This document shows positions 39,062 through 49,559 of a stretch of 64,000 nucleotides of DNA, one piece after another; position 1 is the stretch's first letter, and every line of letters begins with the position of its first letter. The notes under the pieces are model-generated. The model was not told where the DNA came from. It worked only from the letters and a program-made list of their open reading frames with translations, and did not search any database. The stretch is from NCBI GenBank assembly GCA_963841915.1, contig CAWJEN010000005.1:1184001-1248000 (forward strand). Reading direction: 5' to 3'. This DNA comes from an uncultured Planctomycetota bacterium. GTDB lineage: Bacteria; Planctomycetota; Phycisphaerae; Tepidisphaerales; Tepidisphaeraceae. Both the position numbers and the translations under genes were made by a program.

Positions 39062-40966
39062 GTGCTGCTTTCGGCTGAGAATCTGACCCACGCCATAGGC
39101 ACCCGACGCCTCTTCAATGGGCTCTCGCTCCGCCTCGATCGCGGCGAACGGGTCGGCTTCGTCGGTGACAACGGCACCGGGAAAACCACCCTCATCCGCT
39201 GCCTGACGAAGGAGTTCGAGCCCGACGACGGCCGAATCAGCGTCGCCCGCGGCGTTTCGATCGGTCACCTCAAGCAGGACCCGGACTTCCCGGCGGGTCA
39301 GAGCGTCATCGACGTGGCCGAAGGGGCTTTTGCCGAGTTGCACGATTTGGCCGGTCAGCTTCGGGTACTCGAGCACGACATGTCGGGCGACGACGCCGAC
39401 GCTGCGATGAAGAAGTACGAGAAGGTCAGCCACGCGTTCGAAGAAGCAGGTGGGTACGCTTGGAGGCATAAACTCGAAGCGGCACTCGACGGGGTAGGGC
39501 TCGAGCGTTCTACGTGGAACAGAGACGTCGACCAACTCAGCGGCGGGCAGCGGTCGCGTCTGCAGCTCGCCCGGCTGCTCGTCGACGCGCCTGACGTGCT
39601 GCTGCTCGACGAGCCGACAAACCACCTCGATCTCGCAGCCATCGAATGGCTCGAAAATGAGCTCGGCCGCTTTACCGGGGCGGCGCTCATCATCAGCCAC
39701 GACAGGTTCCTGCTCGACAGGCTCGCCACGCGAATCGATCACCTCGAGCGGGGGAGCATCAAGAGCTACCCTGGCAACTACGCGGCTTTCCTGAAGCAGG
39801 CCGAGGCCGACGAGCTGGCACGCGGGCGTGCTTTCGAGAAGCAGCAGAAGGACATCGACAAGCAGGCCGAGTACGTCCGAAGGTTCAAGGCCGGTCAGCG
39901 TGCCCGCCAGGCCAAGGGTCGCGAGAAGCGGCTCAACCGGCTTCTGGGTAGCGACGAGCTTGTGGCAGACGCGACGAAAAAGTCGTCGATGCACCTGAGC
40001 TTCGTGACGGACGCGGTCAAGAGCGATCGCATCCTCAAGGTGAGCGGCCTCAAGAAGTCGTTCAGCGGGCAGCCGCCGTTGTGGCAGGGCATCGGCTTCG
40101 AGGTGGCCCCAGGTGATCGGATCGGCATCGTCGGGCCCAACGGCTGTGGCAAGACGACGCTGCTTCGCTGCCTCGTCGGCGACGCCGATGCCGACGCGGG
40201 TGAGGTACGTTGGGGACCGAAGCTGTCGCTGGGCTACTACGACCAACGGTTGGAGGACTTTGAGCCGGAAAACACGGTGCTGGACGAGTTGTACCCCGAT
40301 GCCGTCGAGGCAGGCCTGTCGGAGCACGGTCTGCGTGATGCCCTCGGTGCCATGCACTACAGCGGCAACGACGTGCACAAGCCGATGGCAGCCCTGTCAG
40401 GTGGCGAGCGGGCACGGGTCGCCCTGACCCGGCTGCTGCTCAAGAAGGCCAACGTGCTCGTGCTCGACGAACCGACGAACCACCTCGACGTCGCCAGTCG
40501 TGAGGCGCTCGAGCGGGCACTACGTGGCTACGACGGGACGATCATCAGCGTCAGCCACGACCGCTGGTTCCTTGACCGGGTGGCAGACCGGCTGGTGGTC
40601 TTCGAACCGCCACAGATTGTTGACTTCCGTGGCGGCTGGCAGTCTTGGCTGGAGCACCGCGCTGCCGCCAAAGAGGCTCCGCAGCAGGCGGCGTCGCTGA
40701 AGCCCAAAGCCTCGGCCATGCCGAGCAAGAAGAAAGACCCGGCCAAGAACAAGTTCCTTCGTCCCTACGGCAGCATGGCCACGCCGAAGCTCGAAGAGCG
40801 GATCACGCACGTCGAGATCACGCTGAGCGAGCTGCAGGAGGACTTTGCGACAGGCGTCGGCATGAGCGATCCGGCCGCTGCAAGGGAAAAGACGGCCGAA
40901 CTCGAACGGCTGACGACGGAGCTGAGCCAGCTCGAAGAGGAATACTTCAATCGGGCGGACGCTTAG
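39062..40966 (+). CDS. ABC-F family ATP-binding protein (Uup/YheS-like)
   Basis: Two NBDs (GDNGTGKTT, GPNGCGKTT), LSGG twice, LLDEPTNHLD twice, no TM domain, C-terminal coiled coil. Confidence 0.93.
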   Translation: MLLSAENLTHAIGTRRLFNGLSLRLDRGERVGFVGDNGTGKTTLIRCLTKEFEPDDGRISVARGVSIGHLKQDPDFPAGQSVIDVAEGAFAELHDLAGQLRVLEHDMSGDDADAAMKKYEKVSHAFEEAGGYAWRHKLEAALDGVGLERSTWNRDVDQLSGGQRSRLQLARLLVDAPDVLLLDEPTNHLDLAAIEWLENELGRFTGAALIISHDRFLLDRLATRIDHLERGSIKSYPGNYAAFLKQAEADELARGRAFEKQQKDIDKQAEYVRRFKAGQRARQAKGREKRLNRLLGSDELVADATKKSSMHLSFVTDAVKSDRILKVSGLKKSFSGQPPLWQGIGFEVAPGDRIGIVGPNGCGKTTLLRCLVGDADADAGEVRWGPKLSLGYYDQRLEDFEPENTVLDELYPDAVEAGLSEHGLRDALGAMHYSGNDVHKPMAALSGGERARVALTRLLLKKANVLVLDEPTNHLDVASREALERALRGYDGTIISVSHDRWFLDRVADRLVVFEPPQIVDFRGGWQSWLEHRAAAKEAPQQAASLKPKASAMPSKKKDPAKNKFLRPYGSMATPKLEERITHVEITLSELQEDFATGVGMSDPAAAREKTAELERLTTELSQLEEEYFNRADA

Positions 40967-40981
40967 CGGTTAAGCGCTGTC

Positions 40982-41627
40982 ATGAGCGACACGACCGTCG
41001 ACCGGCCGGAGCGGTTCCTCGCGACAGAGGAGGAGTATTTGGTGTTCGAATCCGAAGCCGCAGAGAAGCACGAGTGGATCGACGGAGAAGTGCGACCGTT
41101 GCGTCGCTGGGGCCGAGGGCATGGCGGGTAAGACCTTCTCGCATCTACTGATGGTGTCGAGCATGGTTCGGAAGCTGGACAATCGGTTGGATGGGAAAGG
41201 ATGTCTGGCGTTGACGTCAAACTTGCGTGTCAAGGCGCCCGTCTTCCGGCGGCAGATAGGCCAGCGCGGCCTTTACACGTATCCCGATGTGACTGTGGTC
41301 TGCGGCAAGCCACAGCTTGAGAAGGGCGGTCCGGCTTCCGAAACGCTTATCAATCCGACGCTCCTTGTTGAGGTGCTCTCGCCGTCAACGGAAGCGAACG
41401 ACTTCGGGCAGAAGTTCGAACGCTACCGCACGATCGAGTCCTTCCGCGAGTACGTGCTCGTCAGCCAGAAGATGCCCCACGTCAATGTGTTCTTGCGGCG
41501 TGACAACGGCGACTGGAAAATCGACCAGTACGAAGGCCTTGAGGCAACGGCTTGATTCGAGTCCATCGACGTCGACCTGCCACTCAGCGAAATCTACGAC
41601 GGCGTGATCTTCGGAGCCGACCTTTAA
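40982..41627 (+). pseudogene. Uma2-family endonuclease, disrupted by a +1 frameshift (~41100-41120) and an in-frame TGA (41553-41555)
   Basis: EEEYL..E...EKHEWIDGEV in the frame from 40982; YPDVTVVC, LLVEVLSPST and REYVLVSQ in the next frame. The family-like tail FESIDVDLPLSEIYDGV continues in frame after TGA to TAA 41627. Confidence 0.8.
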
Positions 41628-42502
41628 GCCGCCCTCTGCGATAGCTTCATGGGATCGGCGTCTGTTGCTTCGTCCATTTCGGTGACGCGGATCGGCTTGA
41701 GGTCGAACTTGGGGTTCTGCCCCATGAATCGTGCCGGGTTGTTGTGGAAGATCTCTGTCAGGAGCTGTTCTTCCCAACCACGGCGGCGGCATTCGAGGAT
41801 GCAGGCCTGCAGCGTGAACGGGTCGCTCGGACCCCAATCGGCTGAAGAATTTACCAGCATCCGCTCGTGGCCGTACATCTCCATGACGTCTGCTGCCCGC
41901 TCGCCCGTCATCTTCGTCAGCGGATAAAGCGTCATGCCCGCCCAGAAGCCGGCGTCAAGCACGGCCTTGACCGTGTGCTCCTCGACGTGATCCACCCAAA
42001 CGCGAGACGGGTCGAGGCCAGCCTTCGTGAAGTTCTCAAGGACTTCAAGCACCTTGGTCGTGCCGTGCAGCTTGTCGCCCAGGTGCGGCGTGTGGATGAG
42101 AACGAGCTGGTCGTGATCGAGCGCCAGCTGGAAATGCCACTCGAGGCTCTGAATCTCGTTCGGCGTTGACTTGTGCAAGCCAGTCTCACCGATGCCGAGC
42201 ACCGTCGGCTTATCGAAGTACGCCGGCATCTCGTCGAGCACGGAGCGGGTGAGCGACGGGTTCTCGGCCTCTTTGGGATTCACTGCCAGCCAGCAGTAGT
42301 GCTTGATGCCGTAGTCGGCAGCGCGGGTCGGCTCGAACTCGCTGATCTGCTTGAAGTAGTCGAGAAATGTCTCGGGATGATCGCGATCGAAGCCAGCCCA
42401 GAAAGCGGGTTCGGCGACGGCAACGACGCCGCTCATGGCCATCCGCTCGTAATCCTGTGCGGTACGGGCGATCGCGTGGTAGTGGGGCTGGATGACGTAC
42501 AT
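41624..42502 (-). CDS. TatD-related metal-dependent hydrolase (EboB-like subfamily)
   Basis: PHYH, EPAFW, NPKEA, GIGETG, IHTPH, VDHVEE, NSSADWG.SDP. Confidence 0.85.
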   Translation of the reverse strand: MYVIQPHYHAIARTAQDYERMAMSGVVAVAEPAFWAGFDRDHPETFLDYFKQISEFEPTRAADYGIKHYCWLAVNPKEAENPSLTRSVLDEMPAYFDKPTVLGIGETGLHKSTPNEIQSLEWHFQLALDHDQLVLIHTPHLGDKLHGTTKVLEVLENFTKAGLDPSRVWVDHVEEHTVKAVLDAGFWAGMTLYPLTKMTGERAADVMEMYGHERMLVNSSADWGPSDPFTLQACILECRRRGWEEQLLTEIFHNNPARFMGQNPKFDLKPIRVTEMDEATDADPMKLSQRAA

Positions 42503-42510
42503 GCGTTAAT

Positions 42511-42759
42511 TCAGTCGGAGACGTCGGAGTAGATGCGTGCGATGCGTTCTACCCGGCCGGGGCCGTCGGTGGCCAGCACCTTTAAGCTCTCGTGGATGCG
42601 CAACAGCTTGGCGTCGCTGCCGTCGTCACCGTGAGCGGCCTTGCCGCGGTCGTGGCGGTCGAGAATGGCTGCAATTTCAAGCAATTTGCAACGCACCTCA
42701 AGCCCATACGCATCGGCTACGGCGGCGGGTTTCATCGTCGGGACCTGGGGCATCGGCAT
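42511..42759 (-). CDS. Small hypothetical protein
   Basis: Helical LEVRCKLLEIAAILDRHDR...RVERIARIYS; tightly packed between yidD and the TatD-like gene. Start uncertain. Confidence 0.65.
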   Translation of the reverse strand: MPMPQVPTMKPAAVADAYGLEVRCKLLEIAAILDRHDRGKAAHGDDGSDAKLLRIHESLKVLATDGPGRVERIARIYSDVSD

Positions 42760-42777
42760 CTGAATACGCAGCACGGG

Positions 42778-42990
42778 TTACGGCGGATCGTATCCCGATC
42801 CGCCCCAAGGCTGACATCGGGCGATTCGTCGCAGCCCGAGCAGCCCGCCTCGCCAAGGCCCGTGCTTTTCCACGGCAAGCAGCATGTACTCGCTGCAGGA
42901 CGGTGTGAAGCGGCACTGGCCACCGATGAACGGGCGAAGCACCGCGCGGTACACGCTGATGATCAGGCGGATGACGGCCGAGGCGAGCAC
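42778..42990 (-). CDS. yidD: Membrane protein insertion efficiency factor
   Basis: CRFTPSCSEY and RRIARCQPWGGSGYDPP. Confidence 0.93.
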   Translation of the reverse strand: MLASAVIRLIISVYRAVLRPFIGGQCRFTPSCSEYMLLAVEKHGPWRGGLLGLRRIARCQPWGGSGYDPP

Positions 42991-43074
42991 GGCCGCATGT
43001 TACAGAACAAGCCGCTCTTCCAGGTAAAACGGTCCTGCTTCACCGCAACCAACTATGCGATACCATGGCATCCG

Positions 43075-44602
43075 ATGGCCCGCTATGTCTTTCCGATCCT
43101 GTTCGTGGTCGTGCTCATTCTGCCGTTCGCCTTGCGACTGGCCGTCGGTGGGACAGCAGAGGCCGAGGGTCAGACGACGGCCAGGCTCACCATCGTCACG
43201 CCACACAACGGTGACATCAAGCAACAGTACGAGGCCGCATTCCGCGCCTGGCACACCGAGAAATACGGATATGCCGTTGATCTCGACTTCCGCAACATCG
43301 GCGGCACCAACGACATCGTCAAAGCGCTGACGACCTTCTACGCGCCGTACGTGATCACCGAGCAGGGCCCCGACGGCAAGGAGATTCGCCGCATGCCGCC
43401 ACCGGAGGCAATTGCCTCAGCCCCATACAATCTCGTGTGGGGCGGCGGCGACTTTGTGTTCAACATCGAGCTCGAAGGCGGAGCCAAAGCCTTGCAAGCC
43501 GTCGACCTGTCGCAAGACACCTTGAGGGCAGCGTTCCCGGAGCCGGAGCTGGCGGGTATTGCACTCTACGACCAGGATGACGACGGCATCCACTGGGTCG
43601 GCGTGTGCCTGAGCAGCTTCGGCATTGTCTACAGCCCCGACTACTACAACCGCCTTGGACTCAGTTCGCCCGAGGTCTGGGCTGATTTAGGGCGACCAGA
43701 GCTTGCGGGGCGAGTGGTGCTGGCCGACCCGGCCAAAAGTGGCAGTGCGGCAGTGGCGTACATGATGATCCTGCAGCGGGCGATGGCCGACGCCGAAGAG
43801 GCATTCTTCGAGGCGGGCAACACGAAAGAGACGAACGGGCTACGAGGCGGCAGTCGACCTCGGTTGGCGGCGGGGCATGGGCGACTTGCTGCTCATCGCT
43901 GCCAACGCGAGGTACTTCACGGACAGCGCGTCGGCGGTGCCTGCCGAGGTCAGCCATGCCAACGCCGCCGCCGGGACGGCGATCGACTTCTACGGCCGCG
44001 TTGAGGAAGAAACCGTCGGCCGCGATCGCATCCGCTATGTCTCACCCGTCGCCGCAACGGCTGTCACGCCCGATCCGGTCGCCATCTGCTACGGAACAAC
44101 GGGAGACGAACTGGTGCACGCGACCCGCTTCATCGAATTCCTTCTCACGCCCGAAGCGCAGCGGATGTGGCAGGTGCCGGGCAGTGGCGATCGGCCGCTT
44201 CGCCGAACGCCGATCCGGCAGGACATCTTCGCCGATCGCAGCGACTGGAGCGACGACGAGAACCCCTTCGCCACGAGCGGCGGCTTCAATCAGCGAAGCG
44301 AGTGGATGTCGACGTTCAGCGAGACGCGGCTCGTCTGGAAGGCGGCCTGGATCGAGGCGGGTGAGGCACTAGATTCTGCCTACGCAGCCGTTTTAGCGGT
44401 CAAGGACGACGATCGTCGTGCCGTGCTCATCGAGCAGTTTCGCGACCTACCGATCACAAGGACCGGCGTGACCAATCTGCGGGCACAGCGTAAAGGCACG
44501 GCCGAGGAAGCTCAGGCGAGCTTCATGGCTAAGCAGTCGGCAGCCTTTGCGGCTGAGTTCAGAGAGCACTTCGCCGCAGTTGAACGGGCGGCAAAGCAGT
44601 AA
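43075..44602 (+). CDS. ABC transporter substrate-binding protein (Fe3+/AfuA-like), split by a +1 frameshift at GGG 43837-43839
   Basis: LTIVTPH, WGGGD, LSSFGIVY, W.DL, LADPAKSGS. Removing one G joins to GYEAAVDLGWRRGMGDL...AIDFYG...PDPVAI...FIEFLLTPEAQ. Confidence 0.8.
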
Positions 44603-45001
44603 TTAGGTGCCCGCCGGATCTGACGCGACATCGATGAAGACCGGCGGCGGCTCGACGGCGTCGGCCGGTCGACTACCCGCGTCCTTGCGGCCGCTGCCTT
44701 GGAGCCGTGATTCAGCCTTGAGCGTCAGGTCGCCGACCATCGTCATCTGACAGCTCAGCCGCAGGCCCGGCGTGCCGTCCAATTCACGGGCCTTAAGCGT
44801 TTCCTGCTCTTTGCCGGTGATCGGGCTAGCTAATCCGTCGATGACGGTAACGCGGCACGTGGTGCATTTGCCGACTCCGCCGCAGGCGTGGAGCTGATCG
44901 AGGCCTGCCTCGTCTTCGAGGGCCAACACGACCCGTTTGTCAGCCGGAACGTCGTAGGTCGAGGCACCGTCCACGGTGAGCTTGTAACTGTCCTGCTTCA
45001 T
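44603..45001 (-). CDS. 2Fe-2S ferredoxin
   Basis: HACGGVGKCTTCRV...RLSCQ. Confidence 0.9.
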   Translation of the reverse strand: MKQDSYKLTVDGASTYDVPADKRVVLALEDEAGLDQLHACGGVGKCTTCRVTVIDGLASPITGKEQETLKARELDGTPGLRLSCQMTMVGDLTLKAESRLQGSGRKDAGSRPADAVEPPPVFIDVASDPAGT

Positions 45002-45181
45002 GCGACAGCGTAGCCGACGCTTGCAGTGCAGCAGATGCCGATGAGAACACCCAATGGGCGGGTGCGACAACCTGTTGCGCCGCCTGCGACTAAATCTCAA
45101 CAAGCACTTGATGCTTCAGCGGCAGCCGTTATGGTGCCGCTCGTGACGCTGTCTCATTAAGCAAATCACCCCTTTCCTGCC

Positions 45182-46078
45182 ATGTTTGCCACCCTTAGCA
45201 CCCGCCGCGGTTTCACGCTTGTCGAACTGCTCGTCGTCATCGGCATCATCGCATTGCTGATCTCCATCCTGCTTCCGAGCCTGAATCGCGCTCGTCAGTC
45301 GGCCGCCAGCACCGTCAATCTGTCGAACCTCCGTCAGCTCGGCACGGGGCTCGAGTTCTACCGCAACGACAACAACGGTATCTTCCCGACGCACTCGTCG
45401 CTGAAGAGCCTGACCACGGATGCCACACCACCGACGCCGCGCGTCCGCTGGGCCGACCGCATTTATCCGTATCTCGAGAGCACCGACGTTTTCGTGAGCC
45501 CGCTCCTGGGAGAGCAGGGTCGATTGACGGCAATGAAGCCGTGGGCCCACACGATTAAGACCGTCGGCAACATGCTCGACGAGACCGACGTCGCCTACTA
45601 CGGCGGGTACGGCTACAACTACCAGTACCTCGGCAACGCACGCGTCAAGGTCGGCAACAACGGCCCATTCTACGCCGCCACCGGACGCGTCCGCGCCGCC
45701 GCCGAGACCGTCGCCATCGCTGACACCAAGGGCAGTCGCGACGGTGACGACACCTTCGACTACGACGAAGGCACCTACGTCATCGACCCGCCGTTGCAAA
45801 GCTTCAGTCTCGGCAGCCTGGGCAGCCGCGAAGGCTCGGCCGACCCTGCGGGTCCGGACAACTATGGCTACACAGGCGGTGACGGCTCGGCGGGAACCCT
45901 CGTCCCCGAACACCGCGCCACGCCCGACGAACGAAACGGCAACGGGGACAAGGTCGCCGCCGTCTTCGTCGACGGGCACGGGCTGCTCTTGCCACTCAGC
46001 AAACTCGACGATTTTGACGAGGACGGCAACGTCGACAACGGCTACTGGAACGGTCGCGGTGATCCGCTGCTGCGATAG
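45182..46078 (+). CDS. Prepilin-type N-terminal cleavage/methylation protein (DUF1559-like)
   Basis: RRG^[39 protein letters not shown]-terminal FVDGH. Confidence 0.88.
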   Translation: MFATLSTRRGFTLVELLVVIGIIALLISILLPSLNRARQSAASTVNLSNLRQLGTGLEFYRNDNNGIFPTHSSLKSLTTDATPPTPRVRWADRIYPYLESTDVFVSPLLGEQGRLTAMKPWAHTIKTVGNMLDETDVAYYGGYGYNYQYLGNARVKVGNNGPFYAATGRVRAAAETVAIADTKGSRDGDDTFDYDEGTYVIDPPLQSFSLGSLGSREGSADPAGPDNYGYTGGDGSAGTLVPEHRATPDERNGNGDKVAAVFVDGHGLLLPLSKLDDFDEDGNVDNGYWNGRGDPLLR

Positions 46079-46082
46079 CGGA

Positions 46083-46697
46083 TTAGACTGCCGACTGAGC
46101 CGACGGCAGCTCGATGCTTAGCAGCGGTGCCAACTCGCTCAGCTGCTGGATCGTCGCATCCGGCTCTGCGTCGAACTCTCTGGCGTCGCCGTGACTAAGC
46201 CAGACGCTTGGCATGTCGGCAGCGCGGGCGGCGAGGATGTCGTACTCGCCGTCGCCGATCATCCAGCACGAGCCGGCCGGCAGTTCAAGCAGTCGTGCTG
46301 CCAGCCGCAACGGTTCGGGGTCTGGCTTGAACGCAGCGTCGTCACGCGTCACCGTCGGGCATGGCGGCAGTTCGTGCTTCTGCCAGACGATCTCCAACGC
46401 AGCTCGGCTGTTCCGCGTGACGATCGCGAAAGGCAATCGGGCGTCTCGCAGGGCGTCGAGCAGCGGCAGGCACCCGTCGTTCAACGTCGAACGCTCGGCG
46501 GCGCCGTGTTCGTGCCGGTCGAGTGTCGCCTCTGCGGCCCGTCGGTCGACAGGTGTCATCCGCTCCATCGCCTCGAGAATTGCATCGTCGGGTCGAAGGC
46601 CCAGATCCCGTTTTATGGCGGCAAAGTCGAGCAGCGGTCGGGTCAGCGTGCCGTCCATGTCGAACAGCAGGCCACGCGGTGTCGGCAGGCGGTACAT
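46083..46697 (-). CDS. HAD-family hydrolase
   Basis: FDMDGTL, VTRN, KPDPEP, MIGDGEYD. Confidence 0.9.
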   Translation of the reverse strand: MYRLPTPRGLLFDMDGTLTRPLLDFAAIKRDLGLRPDDAILEAMERMTPVDRRAAEATLDRHEHGAAERSTLNDGCLPLLDALRDARLPFAIVTRNSRAALEIVWQKHELPPCPTVTRDDAAFKPDPEPLRLAARLLELPAGSCWMIGDGEYDILAARAADMPSVWLSHGDAREFDAEPDATIQQLSELAPLLSIELPSAQSAV

Positions 46698-46743
46698 CGG
46701 GCGAGGCTACGGCTCATGACGTCGCCGGATAGGCTCGCCTCTC

Positions 46744-48286
46744 ATGCGCATCGTCTACCTCGACCTCGACGCCCTGAATCCGAACCACCTCGGCTGCTAC
46801 GGCTACCACCGCAACACGTCGCCGACCATCGATGCCATTGCCGGTGAGGGAACGCGGTTCGACAAGGTCTATTGCTCCGACGCGCCGTGTCTGCCGAGTC
46901 GGACGGCCCTCTACACCGGACGCTTCGGCATCCACACCGGCGTCGTCGGGCACGGCGGAACGGCGGCAGACCCCAAGCGACACGGGCAGACCCGCGGCTT
47001 CCGCTCGACCTACGAAGAAGACAGCTTCCCACGGCAACTCCAGAAGCTCGGTCTGCACACGGCCATGATCTCGCCGTTCGGTCAACGCCACGCCGCCCAC
47101 CAGTACTACGCCGGCTTCGACGAAATCCACAACACGGGCGAGGGTGGCAGTGAGCCGGTCGAGATCGTCCAGCCCGTCGTCCGCAAGTGGCTCGACGACA
47201 ACGCCGCCGATGACAACTGGTACCTGCACGTCAACTACTGGGACATCCATACGAATTACCGCGTGCCGATGGACTACGGCAACCCTTTCGAAGACGAGCC
47301 GATTGCCGAGTGGTTTACGGACGAGATGATCGAGCGTCACGTCAAGCGGGGCGGGCCGCACAGTGCCCAGGACCTCGGCATGTTTGTCGACAGCGACTCG
47401 TCGCAGTTTCCGCGGACGCCCACGCGCATCACAGATCGGGCGTCGCTGAAGCAGTGGATCGACGGCTACGATACGGCCATCCGCTACGTCGACGATGCTG
47501 TGGCCGAGATCGTCAAGATGCTCAAGGACGCAGGCGTCTACGAAGAGACGGCCATCGTCATCTCGTCGGACCACGGTGAAAATCAGGGTGATCTCGGCAT
47601 CTACGGCGAGCACGGCACCGCCGACCACGGTACGTGTCACATCCCGATGATCGTCAGGTGGCCCGGCGCCCCCGGTGGCAAGGTCAACAATGCGCTGCAT
47701 TACCACCTCGACTGGCCACCGACGTGCCTGCACCTCATGAATGCCTCCGAGCGGTGCCCGGGCGTGTGGGACGGCCAGAGCTTCGACGCGGCGGTGTCGA
47801 CAGATGAAGCGGCCGGTCGGGACGAGCTCGTGCTGAGTCAGTGCGCAGCACGTAGCGCAGCGGTCTGTCCGCTTCGACGAAGGCGACCGCCAATGGCTCT
47901 ACATGCGGAGCTACCACGACGGCCTGCATCCGTTCGAGCGGCACATGCTCTTCGACCTCGCCAGCGATCCGCACGAGCAGAATAACATTGCCGCCGATCA
48001 TCCGGCTGTGCTTCGTGACGCGGCGTGGCGGCTGATGAACTGGCACGATGCGGCCATGGCCACCGTGGTGCGCGACCATCCGCAGGACGTCGTCGACCCG
48101 CTCTACACGGTGCTGGCCGAGGGTGGGCCGCTACACGCAACCGTCAACACGGGCACGAACAAGCCGCTGGACATCGAGCCGTATCTGCAGCGACTCGAAT
48201 CTACCGGTCGCTCCGAGGCGGCGGCGTTTATCAGGCAGCGTTACCCCGAGGGCGTAACGCCGATGACAGAGTTTGACGCGTCTTGA
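46744..48286 (+). CDS. Sulfatase (Cys-type, FGly-dependent), split by a +1 frameshift at ~47848
   Basis: HLGCYGYHRNTSPTID, CLPSRTALYTG, SSDHGE, HIPMIVRWP. Removing one base restores SQCAHVAQRSVRF...LFDLASDPHEQNN. Confidence 0.88.
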
Positions 48287-48287
48287 G

Positions 48288-49522
48288 TCACCTCTCAACT
48301 GTATCGGCAGCGATGTTGATGGCGTCGATCGACCGTCTGCCCAGCTCGTACGTGCCGCTGTAGATCGAGCCGTCCGCAGCGGTGTAGACGATCGTGCGAA
48401 GTTGCTCAGGTGCCTTTTGACCAAACCTCCGAACCCGAGGAGCAGGGGCGTCAGTCAGCGTGATCGACCATGTGCCGCCGTCATTTACGGCAAAGGTTTC
48501 TGCCTCTGTCAGCGCCTCGTCGAGGAGCCCGTCCGGCAGCCACGCCCACGTCGGCATCGGCGGCTCGTCCGCTTTGCCTGCCTCACGTAAGTCCGCAAAG
48601 GTGTCGAAAGCGACCTCGGCCGCCTCGGCCCGGGCGGCGAAGCTCGTCAGCTTCCGCAGCGTGGCCGCGAGGTAGTCAAGCCGCGAACGGTCATCGGGCT
48701 GGTTGGTCCACCACGTTGCCCACGCCTCCTGAAAGCCATCTGGCTGGCCGAAGCAGGCGACGAAGGCATCCGTCCAATTTTGCCCGCGCCCAGCCGCGCC
48801 ATGAACTGCTCGGTCGGCTGCGTGTATCGGCCGTCCTCGCCGTAGAGCAGGAAGTAGGCCATCGACCACGCCTGCAGGTACAGATCGCCGTCGAGCTTTG
48901 CGTTCCACTCGTCGGTGCTGATGAACATCATCTCGTCGAACGGCACAATGTCGTCGGCGGCGATCATGGTCTTGATCTGGCGGACGCGTGCTTCGGGCGA
49001 GACGCCGGTGACGAAAGAGTCGCCGCAAAACTCTGCGTAGCCGAAGACTTCTGCGAATCCTTCTTCGATCCAGGGCGGCTTGCGTCCACCGATGGCAAGG
49101 GCGCTGAACTGGTGGAATCCTTCGTGCTGGATTGTCTGCCACGTCGACTTCCGGGCGTGGAAGGTGTCGCCGTGCATGAAGGCCATGAGTCGCCCGCCGA
49201 CAAAGCGGTCACCTTGCCATCGGCTTTGAAACACGCCACCGCTGCCTTTCGGCCCGCCCATGTCGTGGTAGCCACCTGCGTCGGAGAACAGGTAAAAGTC
49301 CATACCGCGGGGCGTCTTGCCGCTGAAGCCTCGCGTGCGGTCGGAGTACTCTGAGGCGAGTGCCGTCATGCGTGTCGCGGCCTCGCGTGCGAGGTCCTCG
49401 GGCAGATCACTGTGAAGAACGTAGAAGGGCGTGTCGTACCGGCGCAGGTTGTTCTGGGCCGACGTCACGCCGCCGGTGAAGAGCGTGAGCACGAAGACCA
49501 ACAGGATGCGGCGGGCATGCAT
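48288..49522 (-). CDS. DUF1570-like secreted zinc metallopeptidase-domain protein, split by a -1 frameshift in an A-run (48778-48781)
   Basis: Signal peptide, HEGFHQ, PWIEEGFAE, YLQAWSMAYFL. Adding one A gives GKNWTDAF...FQEAWATWW. Confidence 0.75.
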
Positions 49523-49559
49523 GGGGCCATTGTCGGTGCTGAGGTTGCCGTCGCAAGCG

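Noticed and set aside
41553..41555. TGA recoding (selenocysteine or alternative genetic code) at the Uma2 internal stop
   Set aside because: TGA terminates many intact genes in this window, the position is not a catalytic Cys site, and the gene is also frameshifted.
43830..48790. Programmed ribosomal frameshifting in the SBP, sulfatase and DUF1570 genes
   Set aside because: No canonical slippery heptamers or stimulatory elements were seen, and these families are not known to be recoded; sequencing indels are the simpler explanation.
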